From Patescibacteria group bacterium (GTDB lineage Bacteria > Patescibacteriota > Patescibacteriia > GWA2-46-9), in contig JBAYUF010000001.1 of assembly GCA_041675205.1 (NCBI GenBank), forward strand, positions 20,863-84,862: a stretch of DNA of 64,000 nt, given 5' to 3'. A model generated the notes under the pieces. The model was not told the origin of the DNA. It did no database searches and saw only the letters and a program-made list of their open reading frames with translations. The translations under genes and the position numbers were made by a program. This document shows, piece by piece, positions 21,601 through 30,618 of the stretch (within the stretch, counting starts at the first letter, position 1; each line of letters opens with the position of its first letter).

Positions 21601-24231
21601 GCAGTTGGTGCTCGAACGATTCAAGTTGGTGTTTCGTCTGCTGCGGACACCATTACCATTGGCGACGCCAATGCAGACGTTTCACTAACTGATGCCAACT
21701 GGTCGGTCAGCGCCGCTGGTGCCGCCAGTTTTACTTCGGCCCTCGTGAACGGCACGCTCACGCTGCAAAATAGTGAAACACTTTCTACCGGTACTGACGC
21801 CACATTCCTCTTTGGTCGAAATGATACCGGCACCGTAACCATAACTGCAGCTGACGACGACAGCACGGCTGCGCTCACCATTCTCTCTGGCGGCGCTGCC
21901 GCACTTGGACTCGACACTGGCGGCGCTGCTGCGGTGAATATTGGTAACACGAACGCTACATCAGTATCGCTCTGCAACAGTGCTGCTTGCGACACAATTG
22001 AAATTGGCACCAACACCGACGCCGATACCATTACCATTGGTGAGGCTAATGACAACGTTGCTATAACTGATGCCCAGTGGAGCATCAACGGGAGTGGCGC
22101 CGCGAGTCTCGTTACTGTAGTTGGCTCGACCTCAGTTAGCTCTCCAATTTTCACGTCAACCGGCTCCATCGCGATTAAGCCTGGCGCAAATGCCGTAACG
22201 GCAATCCAAATTCAGCAGACGGATGGTACGAATATTTTGAACGTTGACACCACCAATAAACGTATTGGCATCGGTAATGCGGCCCCTGATTCCGTGCTCC
22301 ACATTACTGGCTCAACGGCCGGCAATGGTGCCACAGCCATAGCGGGCATGAAGTCATCGCTCACCATTAACCCTTCGGGTGGCGGTTATCAATTTGGTAA
22401 TCGTATGGAAGTGTCGGTGGCGAACACCTCGACCGCCACAACTGCTGATGGTCAATTTATTCGTATGACCGACAATACGGGCCTCGCCAATACGGTTCGT
22501 GCCCTTGAAGTTCAAGCTGATGGCGGCACCAACACGACGGGCGTAAACACTGGTGTCATTGCCTTTGGAAAAACGTTTGGTATTCAGGGCGTTACCTACG
22601 GTTCAGCCGCCGGTGTTTCGGTGCCGGCCGGCGTGTATGCGGAAACCGCCGGGACGGCGAATGGAAATGCGCTCAGAGCCTATAGCGCCACCATTACTTC
22701 TGCCGATCTTGTTAGTTTTTATACCCAAAGCAGCGTGTTAACCGGCAATGGTTTAACCATGGACTTAGGGAATGTTGGAACTGGCTCAGGTAGCTTTTCC
22801 GGTAATTTTGTCAGCTTAAAAAATGCGAGTGTTAGTAAATTTACCGTTGATGACGACGGCAGCACTTTTGTTAGCTTGACCGGTACGGCTACCACGAATG
22901 GGCTTTGTCACACCTCTGCTGGTGACGCGACAAATGACGAAATCGTTGATTGCTCAGGCGCCCCTTCAGACTTAGCCGAAAATTTTGGTACCACTGACCC
23001 AACGATTACCGCCGGAGATGTCGTTGTCGTAACTGGTACGGCAACTGTCGCAACGGTTGACGGTCTGTTTACCACAAAGGCATGGGTGGAGAAGTCGACC
23101 GCTGCGTATGCCCGTTCGGTCATCGGCGTCATCTCGACACAACCAAACCAACTGTATGCAGACAATGTATTTTCGGAAGCAGAAAATCCACGCCCGGTAA
23201 CCTTGGCTGGTCGAGTGCCAGTTAAGGTGAGCACACAAAATGGGGCAATCCAAACTGGCGATCTCCTGACGTCTTCATCGATTCCCGGTGTGGCCATGAA
23301 AGCCACGCAACCGGGCATGGTGCTTGGGCAAGCGTTGTCAGGGTTTGACGGTAGCGACATCGGAACAGTCATTACTTTTATTGCTCCGTTCTATTTTGAC
23401 CCCACAACGGTTGTTGATCCGGATGGTAATGTGACCGTGCAGCGCGGTGCAGCAACGACAACGTTGTTGGTTGATGCAGTGACAACCGCTTCCATTATTA
23501 ATCAACAAGGAAGCGGGGACTTGCTGCAGTTGCAGACTGACGGGGTAAATCGCTTACTCGTACAAAATGATGGCGCGTTTTCGTTAAATGTTCTGACGAC
23601 CGATATGACCCTTCCGGTCTTTAGTGTTCAGAATGCCGACACAACGTTACTGACATTGAACGCCCAAGGGGATCTGGCACTCCGCGGCGTACTCGTTATC
23701 GAGAACGATAGTTTCGCTGGCAGCATTGACACCGATGCCACTGGCGAAGCTCGCATTGATTTTGAATACTCGCTTGGTACTGGTAAGCCAGTGGTGCAAT
23801 TAACCGCCGAGGGCGAAATGCCAGTTCACGCGCAGGTGCTTCGTTTACTGCAAGATGAACAGGAAAATTATACAGGGTTCGTACTACGCACTACGTCGCT
23901 TGACGGGGCATTAGTAAGCGGCGCCACGGTGCACTATTTGGTTATTGCTAAACCGGCTGACTATGCGCCCGTGGGCATAAATGAGAGTACGTCGATTGTT
24001 GTCTATGATGCGCCAGCGACTAGTCAAGAAATTACCAACGTCCCGCCAGTAGAAGAAAGTGTAGTGGTGGAGAATGAAGAGGCGGTTACCGATGTTGAAT
24101 CGGTCGAATCAGTAGAGGGTACGGATACTGTTACTCCCGAGAGTGTAGCGACAGTCGAACCAGAAGTTCCGAGTGCAGAAATTGTGGCACCAGCAGATGA
24201 ACCAGTTGTCGAAATAGTTCCCGAAAGTTGA
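18679..24231 (+). CDS. Giant secreted/surface protein (1850 aa): T/G/S/A-rich, N-terminal anchor, internal duplication, acidic C-terminus
   Basis: N-terminal hydrophobic segment ISSFVIVVALVVTGF. Repeated motifs GTITSGIWNAGAVTSSG (x2), GDTG(S/T)VTS(A/T)MILDGTVANGDLA (x2) and LLQGCSD(S/G)E(V/I)LKW.E.T.VWACAVD (x2). The C-terminal 60 aa are rich in E and V. The antisense ORFs inside are low-complexity artefacts. Confidence 0.7.
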   Translation: MHFFLIRKQAGIRRRISSFVIVVALVVTGFTPGNILAATGVPNIINHQGRLLDASSNLIGGSGTNYCFRFSLYSDTTVGAPDTKLWPSGTPSTMTVEVKNGIFNVGIGDTAAGGDTLDFDFQTTDTSYLNVEVAPQVSSSCVGVSFETLSPRQRVVASGYAINAETVGGFTPAQSATGSQIPVLTSGNLFLGGTNPQLNVTGANTLTLQGGAGTGAIQFFSSSNAITSAGALTIAGVFDTASTLQAGSSNVTLTLATGFIDADALTLFAGADGASATTSTGSGLEAAADGLSLLQGCSDSEVLKWNETTDVWACAVDATGGSASLQGAYDGGAAITSSNARDLAFTLANTATDSNFAISIAADSTSTVSISRADGGATSPAQLFLLDNLDTDTAQPIALKIQSLAGTITTALDVSDAEIGTALAIGSNSITTSSGTIAATELDRLTGKDAPLVDTNDAVATAITGTGTITSGIWNAGAVTSSGAIQGTTLTATAAGGVILQNAETITNAIDGLITFTRTDANADTISISPATGGAATFAGIFTSADLTADRTWTLPNVSGTVITTGDTGSVTSAMILDGTVANGDLAAGTFTNITGTGALDAGSITANFGAINVGADSITGGAMQGTFLTATTAAFGLVIGTGVNATTLSSTASAARAISFPDVAGTLISTGDTGTVTSTMILDGTVANGDLAGSIAASKLVGSDIAAVGTITSGIWNAGAVTSSGNIDATGTLQAGSSNITITVAAGYLDGDALQLTNAGAGATSSNSGLEVISDKIGLLQGCSDGEILKWTEGTGVWACAVDGGGAAGDSVSINGSATTDSNFIDVVASATAAAINWSLNTVPAPDEISLAIGAASGTDAGIVTANAQTLGGTKTFANGLTITAGQTFTMNSDAFTDLTGTNLEVASNALRVIANPTFSTSVTTPLLQSADNGSTLTLNMPVSGADAGAHTLALQVDGNTAISVAATGDGAGAVGARTIQVGVSSAADTITIGDANADVSLTDANWSVSAAGAASFTSALVNGTLTLQNSETLSTGTDATFLFGRNDTGTVTITAADDDSTAALTILSGGAAALGLDTGGAAAVNIGNTNATSVSLCNSAACDTIEIGTNTDADTITIGEANDNVAITDAQWSINGSGAASLVTVVGSTSVSSPIFTSTGSIAIKPGANAVTAIQIQQTDGTNILNVDTTNKRIGIGNAAPDSVLHITGSTAGNGATAIAGMKSSLTINPSGGGYQFGNRMEVSVANTSTATTADGQFIRMTDNTGLANTVRALEVQADGGTNTTGVNTGVIAFGKTFGIQGVTYGSAAGVSVPAGVYAETAGTANGNALRAYSATITSADLVSFYTQSSVLTGNGLTMDLGNVGTGSGSFSGNFVSLKNASVSKFTVDDDGSTFVSLTGTATTNGLCHTSAGDATNDEIVDCSGAPSDLAENFGTTDPTITAGDVVVVTGTATVATVDGLFTTKAWVEKSTAAYARSVIGVISTQPNQLYADNVFSEAENPRPVTLAGRVPVKVSTQNGAIQTGDLLTSSSIPGVAMKATQPGMVLGQALSGFDGSDIGTVITFIAPFYFDPTTVVDPDGNVTVQRGAATTTLLVDAVTTASIINQQGSGDLLQLQTDGVNRLLVQNDGAFSLNVLTTDMTLPVFSVQNADTTLLTLNAQGDLALRGVLVIENDSFAGSIDTDATGEARIDFEYSLGTGKPVVQLTAEGEMPVHAQVLRLLQDEQENYTGFVLRTTSLDGALVSGATVHYLVIAKPADYAPVGINESTSIVVYDAPATSQEITNVPPVEESVVVENEEAVTDVESVESVEGTDTVTPESVATVEPEVPSAEIVAPADEPVVEIVPES

Positions 24232-24263
24232 GTTTCGCCAGAGCGTATACTAGTTGCGTTAGA

Positions 24264-24288
24264 AAGACGGCAGCCAGCCGTCTTTTTT
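24264..24288 (+). terminator. Rho-independent terminator
   Basis: AGACGGC-agcca-GCCGTCT followed by TTTTTTG. Confidence 0.7.
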
Positions 24289-24370
24289 GCTATTGAAAAA
24301 AGTTGAGAAACGTGTTACAATGTATGCAGAAAATCAAAAAAATAAAGAAAAAATCAATATTATTACTTTT

Positions 24371-27300
24371 ATGATACAACGTTTTCTTGGCGGTCACCTT
24401 TTTCATACAGCAGAGGAGTTGGCGGTAGGCCGAAAAGTTTCGGCTAGAAATTTTGAAAATTCAGTAACGGCTAAATCTTACTTAGCTCGTTCGTTTTTTG
24501 TCGTTGGGTTACTTGTGGGTCTGGGTTTTATTTTTGCCGCGCCGACGCCAACCTATGCCGCAGCAAAAACATGGGATGGTGGCGGTGGTTGTGGCTCCGG
24601 CACGAACAGGTACGCATCCTGCGCAGGCAACTGGAATAGCAACACACTCCCAGTAGACGGGGATTCAATTAATTTTACCGATACAAATGGGTCGCAAGAA
24701 TTCTTATGGGACAATAATACATACGGGACCCTGCCAACAACGGTTGCCTCCTTTACTACCAACTACTATGGCTCAACAAACACCCTAACATTTCAGAAGT
24801 CATTAACAGTTACCGATGAATATCACGCCACGTCTAGTGCAGATAATGTAACGATTAATAGCGGGGTTACGCTAACGGCCGGTTATTTTTTTATAACAGA
24901 TGCAACGGTTACAAATAATGGAACGATTAAATTTACTTGTACCTACGGCACCACCTGTGGCGGGACTAGCCATGACGCTGCATTTTATGGTTCTGGCGCA
25001 CTTGCCTCATCAGCTTCAACTTCAATTGCTGAATATGCAGGTACAAATCAACCCGTATATAACGCCAATTATTACCATCTAAAAATATCTGGAACAGCCG
25101 TTAACTACGGTTTTCAAATTGCAAGTAATGGTCAAATATCAGGGAGCGGGACACTAACAGCTGGTACGGGGACAACCACGTTTAGTGGTAGCGGTACCAT
25201 CAATCTTCCTAACGCTGGATTTACAACGTTGTGGGTAGGTACCAGCGGTACGTTAACAGTTAATCAGAATATTTCAGTGTCAACTAGCATTGGTGCGGGT
25301 CCGTTTACTAGTGGGAATACAATCACCTACGGGGGTACTCCGACCCTCACTATGACCGGCGGTACAATTGCCGCAGCTTCTGTGGCAACCATGAATCTTT
25401 ATAATGTAACCATCGCTGGTGCCGGAGTGACCAGCACAGGGACCCCTAACATTGCAAACGCGTTTGTAGTTAATTCTGGAGCGACCTTTAGTGGTTCTAT
25501 GGCGAAGACCGGTGGTTCAATAACGAACAATGCTGCGACATCGAGCGCCCTAACGATTACGACCCTAGCGCTTACTTCAGGCACGATAACCACTGGTTCC
25601 AATTTTGATTTGTCGACGAGTATTTCTGGGGCGGGGAATTTCACTGCCTCGGCAGGTACCATTACCATGACCATGACAAGTGGCACGGCGATAGCAGCGG
25701 GTGCCGGCACACTGACATTCAATAGCGTTGCTATTGCTTCTGGCGCCACCGTTGCAACAGGTCGTAATTTTAGTGTGGCCGGTAACTGGACGAATAGCGG
25801 CGGAACATTTACGCCAAGCACGTATACCGTTACGTTGAGTGGGGCGGGCGGTTCTACCCAAGTCATCGCAGGTAATACAACCTTTTATAACCTTACGGCG
25901 ACAGCTGCTGCGGCTCGCACCATTCGATTTACCGCTGGCACTACCACTACAGTAACTGGCACGTGGACTGTCACTGGTTCAGCTTCTCAGTTAATAACTT
26001 TACAGTCTTCAACGACGAGTGCTTGGACTATTAACCCCACTGCGGCAAGCGTAAGTTACGCAAGCATTTCTTATTCGACCAATACCGGCGTGGCATTTTG
26101 CGCTACCTATTCTACCGACGGCGGCAATAACACAAGCTGGTCAATTGGAAGTGCCGCCAGTTGCGGCGCAACGATATCTGGTACGGTGTATTCGACCGAA
26201 GGTGGAGCAGGCATCACCGGCACACCAACGGTGCGTATTAAAGTAAATGGTGCTGGCACGTATAGCACAACGGCTAGTAGTGGCGTATTTAGCGTTTCTT
26301 CTGTCGTTGTAAATTCAGGCGATGTAATCACTGTCTATTTGGACACTAACGGTGGTAGCTCAGCAGCCCTCGTTACGGTTTCTGATGGTAGTAATACGTC
26401 GAGCCTCTCCCTCTATCAAAATCAGTTGGTCGTTCGTTATGAAACTGGTTCATCCATAACGAATACGAATCTTGGGCAATACGACAAGGATAACGATTCA
26501 GACATTCATTTTACTTCCAATGCCGGTGTACTGACCGTTGATAGCGATTACGAGTTGCATATTTGGACGGGTAAGACATTTGCACCAGGTGGCACCGTCA
26601 CGGCTAATGGCGATGTGCACATTATGGGTACCTATACCGCACCAGCGACTACGACCGTGGCTGGCAGCTTCACTAACGCTGGTACTTTTACTCCCGGCAC
26701 GGGAACACTGACCTTGTCTGGTACGAGTAAACAAATTACTGGTACCCCAACCAGTGAATCGTTCTATGACCTAACCATTTCAGGCACTGTAGCAAGTACT
26801 CGTAGTTTCACTGTTTCGCACACCATGACCGTAAACGGCACCTTTACACCAGGAGCAAGCGACGTTGTTACCTTAACGGGGGCAACGCTCACGGGGTCGG
26901 GGACAGTTAAAGTTACAAGAACGACAACTATCCCAGCATTCGTTAATCAATATGCCTACACCACCCCAGCGCCAACCTTAACAAATTTGACGGTTGACTA
27001 CAGTGGTACTAGTCAAATAGTAACGAACCTAACGTATTCGAACCTCATCGTTTCCGGAACTATTACAACAGGAACGCAAACAGCAACAGTGAGTGGACTC
27101 TTTACTGTTTCGGGTACGTTTACTCCATCAGCCGGAACGATAACGTTAAGTGGGACAAGCGGCACTGTTTTAACCGTCAGTGGTACACATGCACCAACCG
27201 GCACGGCTACGACCGTCTACAGTGGCGCCAATGCTGGCGGCAATACAAACGTTGCAGCGGCTACCTACAACAACCTTCAGGTGACCGGCGCTGACACCTA

Positions 27301-29998
27301 CGACCTCGCTGGGGACACAACTGTTTCGGGTGTCCTTACTATCGGCGGCTCAGCTACGCTCGACGGAAAGACTCGTACCATCACCCTCTCCGGCACTTCT
27401 GGTACACCCTTCGTCAAAACTGGTACCTTCACTCCTTCAACCTCAACCGTTGTCTACAGTGGTGCCAATGCTAGCAGTAACACCAACGTTGCAGCGGCCA
27501 CGTACAACAACCTCCAGGTTACTGGTAGCGACACCTACGACGTAGCAGGAGACACAACTGTTTCGGGGGTCCTTACTATTGGCGCAAACGCCACCCTAGA
27601 CGCCCAAACATACACAGTAACGCTATCTGGTTCTGGTACACCACTTGTAAAGACAGGTACATTTACCGCTTCAACCTCAACCGTAACGTATAGCGGTAGT
27701 TCACCTACCATTGCAGCGACTACGTATAACGTCTTGAATCTGTCTGGCTCTGGCACAGCAGTATTGCCGAGCGGTACCCTGGCAGTACTAGACTTAAATG
27801 TAACTACTGGAACAGTTTCTGCCGCGAGCAATAACCCAACCATTAACGTCAGTGGAAACATTGCATTGTCGAGTGGTGTTACCTATACAAAAGGTTCTGG
27901 TACTACGACGTTTTCTGGTGCCTCGAAGACAATTACTGACAGTACGGCTAGCGCACAGGATTTGGGTGTAGTTTCAATTTCTGGGACCTATGCTCTCTCG
28001 TCGAATGCTAAAATGACCAGCGTAGCCGGAGCCGGAGCATTAACAACGAATGCCAATACCCTAACGTTGACCGGTTCTGGTACCGTTTTGTCTGTTACGA
28101 CATTTACCGCTTCGACTGGTTCTACGGTTACCTATACCAGCGGAAGCGGTGCTTCTGTTGGTGCAAGGACCTACTACAATCTGACCATCAATGGTACGGG
28201 TACGTTCGCTGCGGCGGGTGCTATCATTGTGAATAACGATCTGACGGTGACCAGTGGAACCTTGGCCATGGATACGAGTAACCTACAAGTTGGTTTATCG
28301 AGTATCTCAAGTTCTGGTAGCGTTAAGGTTGCGGCAAGTCAATCGCTCACTCAATCAGCCAGTGGGACCACAACAATTCTTAGTTCGTCAGCCGGAGCAA
28401 ATTGTATTGGCTCCAATGGCTCCAATTGCAGTGGGACGGCAGGAACAATTACTCTTGGTGGCTTGTCGATTGGGGATGGAGTGTCAGGCAACTTCACAAC
28501 AACTCTTGCCGGAGATGTCACTATTGCTGGTGTCCTCACTATTGCTAGTACAAACACGCTCGACGGTTCGACTCGCACCATAACCCTCTCTGACACCTCT
28601 GGTACACCGTTCGTGAAAACCGGTACCTTCACCCCTTCAACCTCAACCGTTGTCTACAGTGGTGCCAATGCTGGCGGCAATACAAACGTTGCAGCGGCCA
28701 CGTACAACAACGTCCAGGTTACTGGTAGCGACACCTACGACGTAGCAGGAGACACAACTGTTTCGGGTGTCCTTACTATCGGCGCCTCGGCCACGCTCGA
28801 CGGTTCGACTCGCACTATCACTCTCTCCGGCACCTCCGGTACACCTCTTGTCAAAACCGGTACCTTCACCCCTTCAACTTCGACCGTTGTCTATAGTGGT
28901 GCCAATGCTAGCGGTAACACCAACGTTGCAGCGGCTACGTATAATAACCTCCAGGTTACTGGCAGCGACACTTACGACGTAGCAGGGGACACAACTGTTT
29001 CAGGGGTCCTTACCATTGGCGCCTCAGCCACGCTCGACGGTTCGACTCGCACTATCACTCTCTCCGGCACTTCTGGTACACCGCTTGTCAAAACCGGAAC
29101 CTTCACTCCTTCAACTTCGACCGTTGTATTTACTGGTGACAATGGTGGTGGAACAACAACCATTCCAACAGCAACCTACTACAATCTTACAGTGAACAAT
29201 GCGAGCGAAACGTATGCGCTTGGTTCGGGGAGTCCAGTGGTGAACAATGATTTAACTATTACTGCCGGTACCCTTGACCTCGACGCAAGTGACCCGTCGC
29301 TCTCAGTAAAGGGAGACGTGGTAATTGCCGGTACGCTCCTTGGTTCGGCTAGTAGCCCCCTCAATGTTGATGGTGACTGGACCAACAATGGTACATTCAC
29401 TCATTCAAACGGTACCGTTGCATTTACGAACAGTGCGGGGTTACTGGAAACGTCAAATATTGGTGGCTCAAACGGTACGAACTTCTACTCACTCAGCGTC
29501 ACTGCGAATGGAAAGTATCTTCGATTTGCGGCCGCCAAAACGTTTGGGGTTGCTGGTGTGCTGACGATTACGGGTGGTCAAGCTATTCCCGACAACATTC
29601 GTATTTTCTCAAGTACTGTCGGGGCTGGTTCAAGTAGTGATCAGTGGCTGCTTAATCTCACTGGTTCCTCGAATGTTCTCTTCGCGATTGTTCAGAACGC
29701 TGGCTGTGCGCCAGGGTCAAGTTCTGTGGCCTCGCACTCAACGAATACAAACGCCGGGAATAACAGTGCGTGTTGGCCCTTTGGTGTTCCTGGAGCGCCT
29801 GATGTGACTGGTGGTCGTTTTGATCAACCCGGCGGGGGTACGGCTACAACCGGCGGTACAAGCCTTAGTGGAGGTATTAGTGGTGGCGGAGGCGGTGGCG
29901 GAGCACCAAGTCCTGACCGACTTGATGAACCGGGTGGTGGCGCACCGACAACGGGTGGAACTGATCAAGGAAGTGGTGGTGGAGCACCTGCTCCGTAG
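24371..29998 (+). CDS. Giant surface repeat protein (about 1875 aa) with an N-terminal anchor and at least 5 copies of an 80-aa T/S/G-rich module
   Basis: Hydrophobic SFFVVGLLVGLGFIFAA. Repeated module TRTITLSGTSGTP(F/L)VKTGTFTPSTSTVVYSGANA..NTNVAAATYNN.QVTG.DTYD.AGDTTVSGVLTIG. Gly-rich C-terminus. The start is uncertain: the ORF-track 24287 and the ATG at 24320 both overlap the upstream terminator and a TGtTACAAT -10, so 24371 is plausible. Confidence 0.65.
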   Translation: MIQRFLGGHLFHTAEELAVGRKVSARNFENSVTAKSYLARSFFVVGLLVGLGFIFAAPTPTYAAAKTWDGGGGCGSGTNRYASCAGNWNSNTLPVDGDSINFTDTNGSQEFLWDNNTYGTLPTTVASFTTNYYGSTNTLTFQKSLTVTDEYHATSSADNVTINSGVTLTAGYFFITDATVTNNGTIKFTCTYGTTCGGTSHDAAFYGSGALASSASTSIAEYAGTNQPVYNANYYHLKISGTAVNYGFQIASNGQISGSGTLTAGTGTTTFSGSGTINLPNAGFTTLWVGTSGTLTVNQNISVSTSIGAGPFTSGNTITYGGTPTLTMTGGTIAAASVATMNLYNVTIAGAGVTSTGTPNIANAFVVNSGATFSGSMAKTGGSITNNAATSSALTITTLALTSGTITTGSNFDLSTSISGAGNFTASAGTITMTMTSGTAIAAGAGTLTFNSVAIASGATVATGRNFSVAGNWTNSGGTFTPSTYTVTLSGAGGSTQVIAGNTTFYNLTATAAAARTIRFTAGTTTTVTGTWTVTGSASQLITLQSSTTSAWTINPTAASVSYASISYSTNTGVAFCATYSTDGGNNTSWSIGSAASCGATISGTVYSTEGGAGITGTPTVRIKVNGAGTYSTTASSGVFSVSSVVVNSGDVITVYLDTNGGSSAALVTVSDGSNTSSLSLYQNQLVVRYETGSSITNTNLGQYDKDNDSDIHFTSNAGVLTVDSDYELHIWTGKTFAPGGTVTANGDVHIMGTYTAPATTTVAGSFTNAGTFTPGTGTLTLSGTSKQITGTPTSESFYDLTISGTVASTRSFTVSHTMTVNGTFTPGASDVVTLTGATLTGSGTVKVTRTTTIPAFVNQYAYTTPAPTLTNLTVDYSGTSQIVTNLTYSNLIVSGTITTGTQTATVSGLFTVSGTFTPSAGTITLSGTSGTVLTVSGTHAPTGTATTVYSGANAGGNTNVAAATYNNLQVTGADTYDLAGDTTVSGVLTIGGSATLDGKTRTITLSGTSGTPFVKTGTFTPSTSTVVYSGANASSNTNVAAATYNNLQVTGSDTYDVAGDTTVSGVLTIGANATLDAQTYTVTLSGSGTPLVKTGTFTASTSTVTYSGSSPTIAATTYNVLNLSGSGTAVLPSGTLAVLDLNVTTGTVSAASNNPTINVSGNIALSSGVTYTKGSGTTTFSGASKTITDSTASAQDLGVVSISGTYALSSNAKMTSVAGAGALTTNANTLTLTGSGTVLSVTTFTASTGSTVTYTSGSGASVGARTYYNLTINGTGTFAAAGAIIVNNDLTVTSGTLAMDTSNLQVGLSSISSSGSVKVAASQSLTQSASGTTTILSSSAGANCIGSNGSNCSGTAGTITLGGLSIGDGVSGNFTTTLAGDVTIAGVLTIASTNTLDGSTRTITLSDTSGTPFVKTGTFTPSTSTVVYSGANAGGNTNVAAATYNNVQVTGSDTYDVAGDTTVSGVLTIGASATLDGSTRTITLSGTSGTPLVKTGTFTPSTSTVVYSGANASGNTNVAAATYNNLQVTGSDTYDVAGDTTVSGVLTIGASATLDGSTRTITLSGTSGTPLVKTGTFTPSTSTVVFTGDNGGGTTTIPTATYYNLTVNNASETYALGSGSPVVNNDLTITAGTLDLDASDPSLSVKGDVVIAGTLLGSASSPLNVDGDWTNNGTFTHSNGTVAFTNSAGLLETSNIGGSNGTNFYSLSVTANGKYLRFAAAKTFGVAGVLTITGGQAIPDNIRIFSSTVGAGSSSDQWLLNLTGSSNVLFAIVQNAGCAPGSSSVASHSTNTNAGNNSACWPFGVPGAPDVTGGRFDQPGGGTATTGGTSLSGGISGGGGGGGAPSPDRLDEPGGGAPTTGGTDQGSGGGAPAP
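27211..27710. repeat. Tandem array of about 240-bp units (2+ copies) inside the giant gene
   Basis: Direct repeats at about 90% nucleotide identity that encode the 80-aa module. They are related to the second array at 28520-29140. Confidence 0.8.
28520..29140. repeat. Second tandem array of about 240-bp units (about 2.5 copies) inside the giant gene
   Basis: Near-identical units starting near 28560, 28800 and 29040. Confidence 0.8.
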
Positions 29999-30019
29999 AA
30001 GGTATAAAGAGTAGACGAA

Positions 30020-30056
30020 GAAGTTGGGTGCCAGTGGCACCCAACTTCGTTTTTTG
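30020..30056 (+). terminator. Rho-independent terminator
   Basis: GAAGTTGGGTGCC-agt-GGCACCCAACTTC followed by GTTTTTTG. Confidence 0.75.
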
Positions 30057-30108
30057 AAAAAGAAATGCTACACTTTCTTTACATTATTAATTTTTTGCTA
30101 CTTGAATT

Positions 30109-30582
30109 ATGCCGATTTTACGAACGGCGCCAATGAGCAGTGACGATAGTCAGCAGCGCCAATTATCGCGGCGAGGATTGCGTTCACTATTCACAACATT
30201 TTTACTCGTCATAGGTGTGTTGGTTGCTGGCTACGCCGCCTACGCAGTGAATGCAACGGGTCCATTCCCGAGTCGCGGCAAATGGCAAGCCGTCTTTTTG
30301 GCCAACGGCCAAGTGTATTTTGGAAAGTTGTCTGGGATAAATCGTCGTTACGTCACCCTTTCCGATATCTACTACTTACAGGTATCACAGGGGTTGCAGC
30401 AGGCAGCCACACCGGAAGGTGCGCCACCACAAGGACAGCCAAACATAAACTTGATTAAGCTTGGTCAGGAGCTTCACGGACCGGAAGATGCCATGCACAT
30501 TGAACGAAGTAAAGTTTTGTTTTGGGAGAATTTGAAAGACGACAGTCGGGTGGTCGAGGCAATTTCCCAGACCAAGCAGTAA
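30109..30582 (+). CDS. Hypothetical membrane-anchored protein (157 aa)
   Basis: Single N-terminal TM helix LFTTFLLVIGVLVAGYAAYAV followed by an extracytoplasmic domain with no recognised motif. Confidence 0.45.
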   Translation: MPILRTAPMSSDDSQQRQLSRRGLRSLFTTFLLVIGVLVAGYAAYAVNATGPFPSRGKWQAVFLANGQVYFGKLSGINRRYVTLSDIYYLQVSQGLQQAATPEGAPPQGQPNINLIKLGQELHGPEDAMHIERSKVLFWENLKDDSRVVEAISQTKQ

Positions 30583-30618
30583 GCGGTTTGCCAGAACGGC
30601 AGCCGGGGCTAAGGTAGT

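Noticed and set aside
19329-22169. Several long minus-strand ORFs (179, 382 and 182 aa) inside the first giant gene
   Set aside because: They are antisense to a GC-rich, Ala/Thr/Gly-codon-rich gene. Such sequence is stop-codon-poor on the reverse strand, and the translations are featureless Ala/Pro/Val strings.
24287-24370. ORF-track start (24287) and the ATG at 24320 for the second giant protein
   Set aside because: 24287 lies inside the upstream terminator hairpin, and the ATG at 24320 overlaps the TGtTACAAT -10 hexamer, so a downstream start near 24371 is more plausible. The exact start remains uncertain.
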